Below, piece after piece: positions 61,301-64,000 of a DNA stretch of 64,000 nt. The position numbers were made by a program, and so were the translations under genes. Position 1 is the stretch's first letter, and the number at the start of each line of letters is the position of its first letter. This DNA comes from Anthoceros angustus. Taxonomy: Eukaryota > Plantae > Anthocerotophyta. The notes under the pieces are model-generated. The model did no database searches, was not told the DNA's origin, and saw only the letters and a program-made list of their open reading frames with translations. Where the stretch lies: assembly GCA_010909165.1 (NCBI GenBank), contig VJWM01000205.1, forward strand, positions 248,001-312,000, read 5' to 3'.

Positions 61301-62059
61301 TTCTCACAGCCAGAAAGGCTGGGAACATTTTCCAACATCTCATTGCGTTTCGTCTCAAGGATGACATTCGAGCAATCCCAAACAACAGGTAACACTTGAG
61401 ACTCCACTTGAAACTCCAAAGGCTTACAATGATTAAGGACAATCGCCTTGAGATTCGTTGCAGTGAGGAGATCAGCGTCCGAGGTGCAAGGAGAAGCTTG
61501 ATAAAAATCGTGAACACATGTGAGGAGAGACTTTCTGAACACCTCATGAAACGCGTCATCTGTAGGAGCGAAGAGGGTGAAATTGGCTCCTCCTCCCAGA
61601 GTAAGATTTTTCAAGGCAGTTCGGTTCAGAGCTGCGTTCAGCAGCGTCTGCGATCCGTGGCGCCATATGTTAGTAAGGCAGGGTTAAAACGAGAAATTGG
61701 AGCAGGTAGAACATACTTACAACTCTGAAGGCTGAAGCTAAGAGCTTGCTTAACAAGTAACCGACCACCAACAGAGCAGAGAACAGGTTCCCAGGAATGC
61801 ACGGGCCAGACGAGACAATTACCAGATTAGGCAGAGAAGCCACAAGCGAGACAACGTCTAAAGCCTTGGCCGGCCCAGGCGGCCCTGCTACCATGACCAG
61901 CTCGAAATACAAAGCAGAGACAAGGAGCACGACCAGAACTCCCTTCACCGATCTGCTGATCGTGCTCCAAGTCTCTGGCTGGAAGGCCAGGCATCCCTGG
62001 AACACAGGAAGTGCAACGAAACTGGCCAAGCAGCCCGGGGCTGCTTCCGGCTCCCTCAT
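58365..62059 (-). CDS. Amidase-signature enzyme (At5g07360-like) with N-terminal TM segment and inserted fasciclin (FAS1) domain; multi-exon. An upstream exon at about 62112-62298 is possible.
   Basis: Amidase: KDTIAVPGYKTTWGS, GGRTRNPWN...GSSSGSAAG, FAIGSETSGSIVYPAAR, VLALGMAYQ...PPIDD. FAS1: NFTLFAPTDDAF and SNGVIHVING. Confidence 0.9.
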
Positions 62060-62949
62060 AGCCCGCAAATTCCGATTCAATAGGCACCCAGAGCTCACAA
62101 CCTGAACTCACCAAACCCATCCAGTGGTGAGGCCGGAACTCCCAGCTTGCAAGCCTGGAAGAGTAATCCAGACTCTGCCAAGCAATACAGCCTGTAGCTG
62201 CTCAGCTGGTCCCGGCCGCAACAGGTGAGAGGTGAGGCTGCTCTGTTCCCGTGAGGTCGCCTGTTGAATCCTTCCGGCGGGTGTACACAATCGGACATGC
62301 TTGCTTCCTCCACTGGAATGCAGTTTGCAAAGCCCAAATTAAGAAACGGGTGCCTGGCCCACGTCCGTCGCCATCTCCTGTGGGGAAGACGAATTCCGAC
62401 TGGATAGCTGACACTTCCCCGTACCACGTCCATGCTGTTGCGTCTCCTGTGACATCATCTCTCTTAGATGTTTTATATACCTCATCCCCCCCATATCCGC
62501 CCCTCATCCCCCCATCCCGTCCGTCACAACCAACTACCCTCCGTTTCTCTTCTTTATTAATCCCTCTTCATTTTTCCTTTTCCTTTCCTTTCCTTTTCTC
62601 CGTTTATTCCACTGCTGATCTTTCTTCTTTTTTTCTAGATACCTTCTAGCTCAAGTCTTTTGTAATCATAACCCTGGTGGACTAAAAAACATCTTAAACG
62701 CTTGGGGAAGGCCACCTGAGGGAGCTAACAATGCATAGCTAATTCTATTTAACAAGCTTAAACCTTTTAAAAGAAAGCCCCACAAGGGATTAGTCCCCTA
62801 TGGAGTGCCGCTTCCGGTTTACATGTGCAAGACATTTCAGTATTCAACATTCAATTGGTCTACTAAACTCATAAATTAATTGAAATTGATGCGATCATAA
62901 GTTAATTAGAATTGATGTGGGGCTGAGAAAAAATAACCGCACGTCTATA

Positions 62950-63300
62950 GGGTTCATGGCCCTAAAGAGCACATAAAAACATCCCATTTTAGTCAAGTCC
63001 AACACCCAACTCTTGTTTTGCCTATAGATAATGACATAGACTGAATTAATTTTCTTGGGATGCGTTATGCACTCCGCGTGACATGGAATTTAGAGTATAT
63101 ATATTATTTTAAATAGAGATATTTTATATCAAATATATATCATAGTATATATATAATATGATATAAATTAGGGTGATATATAGATTAAGGTTATAAAACC
63201 TAAATTAAAACTAATTTTCGATTTTATTTTATTAATAAAAATAATGATTATATCTATTTTATAACTCTTTTTATTCATAAATCCTAATTTTGAAGAATCT
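62950..63300. other. AT-rich low-complexity segment, probably a transposon remnant
   Basis: TA-rich runs, no ORF. Confidence 0.35.
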
Positions 63301-64000
63301 AATCTCACAAATCCGCTGTACTGCTTATCATGGGGCAAATATGACAGCCCTAGATGCTGGATTGCCTGGAGCCGCGAGCCCTAAGAGAGTTTACATGATT
63401 ACACACCTAGACCTAAGTAGTAGGAGACAGTTATTACTAGGTATTTGGGTTTTATTATTTGGTCAAAAGCACATGGGGATATAGCAAACTCAGCGTTGGA
63501 TGCCGAAAAGAGACACGTGACTGACAAGTCACAAGGGGTCGGAAAATGTGTCGAGCACAGAGAGGCATTACGGATGGATGATACCAGCCTACCAGGGAGC
63601 AGGGCAGGCAACGAGGAAAGGCGCAACGTCCACCCTGTGGTCCATGAAAAGACTAAAGAATCGATTGGCGTCTCGGACGTCGCAAAAAGCTGGACGTCTC
63701 TTGCTACCGTCGCTTCGGCACTTTCCCTTGCTCTTGCCTCTCCTTTTGTCAGCCAGCGTACTGAGCCAGCTCCCTCGTCAACCATGTCCCGACCTGCCTT
63801 GAAAGCAATGCGTCGTGCACATTGTTGGAGCTCCGGCTGCCGGTAGAGCAAATGGCTGCACTGCTGTGAGAAGCCTTGCCGTTTTGGTGGTGCTCAACAT
63901 CGTCACGCATTCGGAAATTACTTCTGCACTTCACTCATTCGCATACAGGTGCTGTGCATTGCTGGCGGATTGCCTCCGTCAACATCCACGCTTTCGGCGT

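Noticed and set aside
18600-62059. Lipid or amide metabolic gene cluster (LACS, aldolase, KAS I, amidase)
   Set aside because: The genes are spread over more than 40 kb among unrelated genes, act in different compartments, and the aldolase appears inactive. No evidence of co-regulation.
1-64000. tRNA, rRNA, snRNA or conserved miRNA genes
   Set aside because: I saw no T-loop or anticodon-arm pattern, rRNA tract or remembered conserved plant miRNA sequence. An Rfam/tRNAscan run is needed to exclude them formally.

Overview
Gene-dense window from a compact plant nuclear genome. Short GT-AG introns of about 80-150 nt and a centriole-type CCDC57-like gene suggest a seed-free land plant with flagellated sperm (hornwort- or Selaginella-like; this is inference). 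Genes in order: reticulon RTNLB22/23-like (frameshifted), CCDC57-like, CW-type MORC ATPase, intronless LACS8/9-like, MMTAG2-like, a trihelix/HpcH-aldolase fusion, a VQ protein, a nepenthesin-like aspartic protease, chloroplast glutamyl endopeptidase (CGEP), KAS I, TTL (OHCU decarboxylase/HIU hydrolase), a DUF579 protein and a fasciclin-amidase fusion. An accessory block at about 23.1-34.7 kb holds two collinear halves of a decayed CCDC57-like duplicate. These halves bracket AT-rich transposon debris (CRE/R2-type non-LTR fragments) and the trihelix-aldolase gene. Top candidates: (1) a trihelix DNA-binding domain fused to an HpcH/HpaI aldolase fold that has lost its catalytic His and both metal ligands, possibly a metabolite-sensing transcription factor; (2) a 533-bp segment re-inserted 2 kb upstream in circularly permuted order with microhomologies at both junctions, as expected for an extrachromosomal-circle intermediate; (3) a TM-FAS1-amidase architecture; (4) a 57-nt GTAAG...AG segment in TTL that can remove exactly the internal PTS2 signal in frame. 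Several small indels, mostly in homopolymer runs, look like long-read consensus errors. All homology calls come from recalled family motifs, not database searches.
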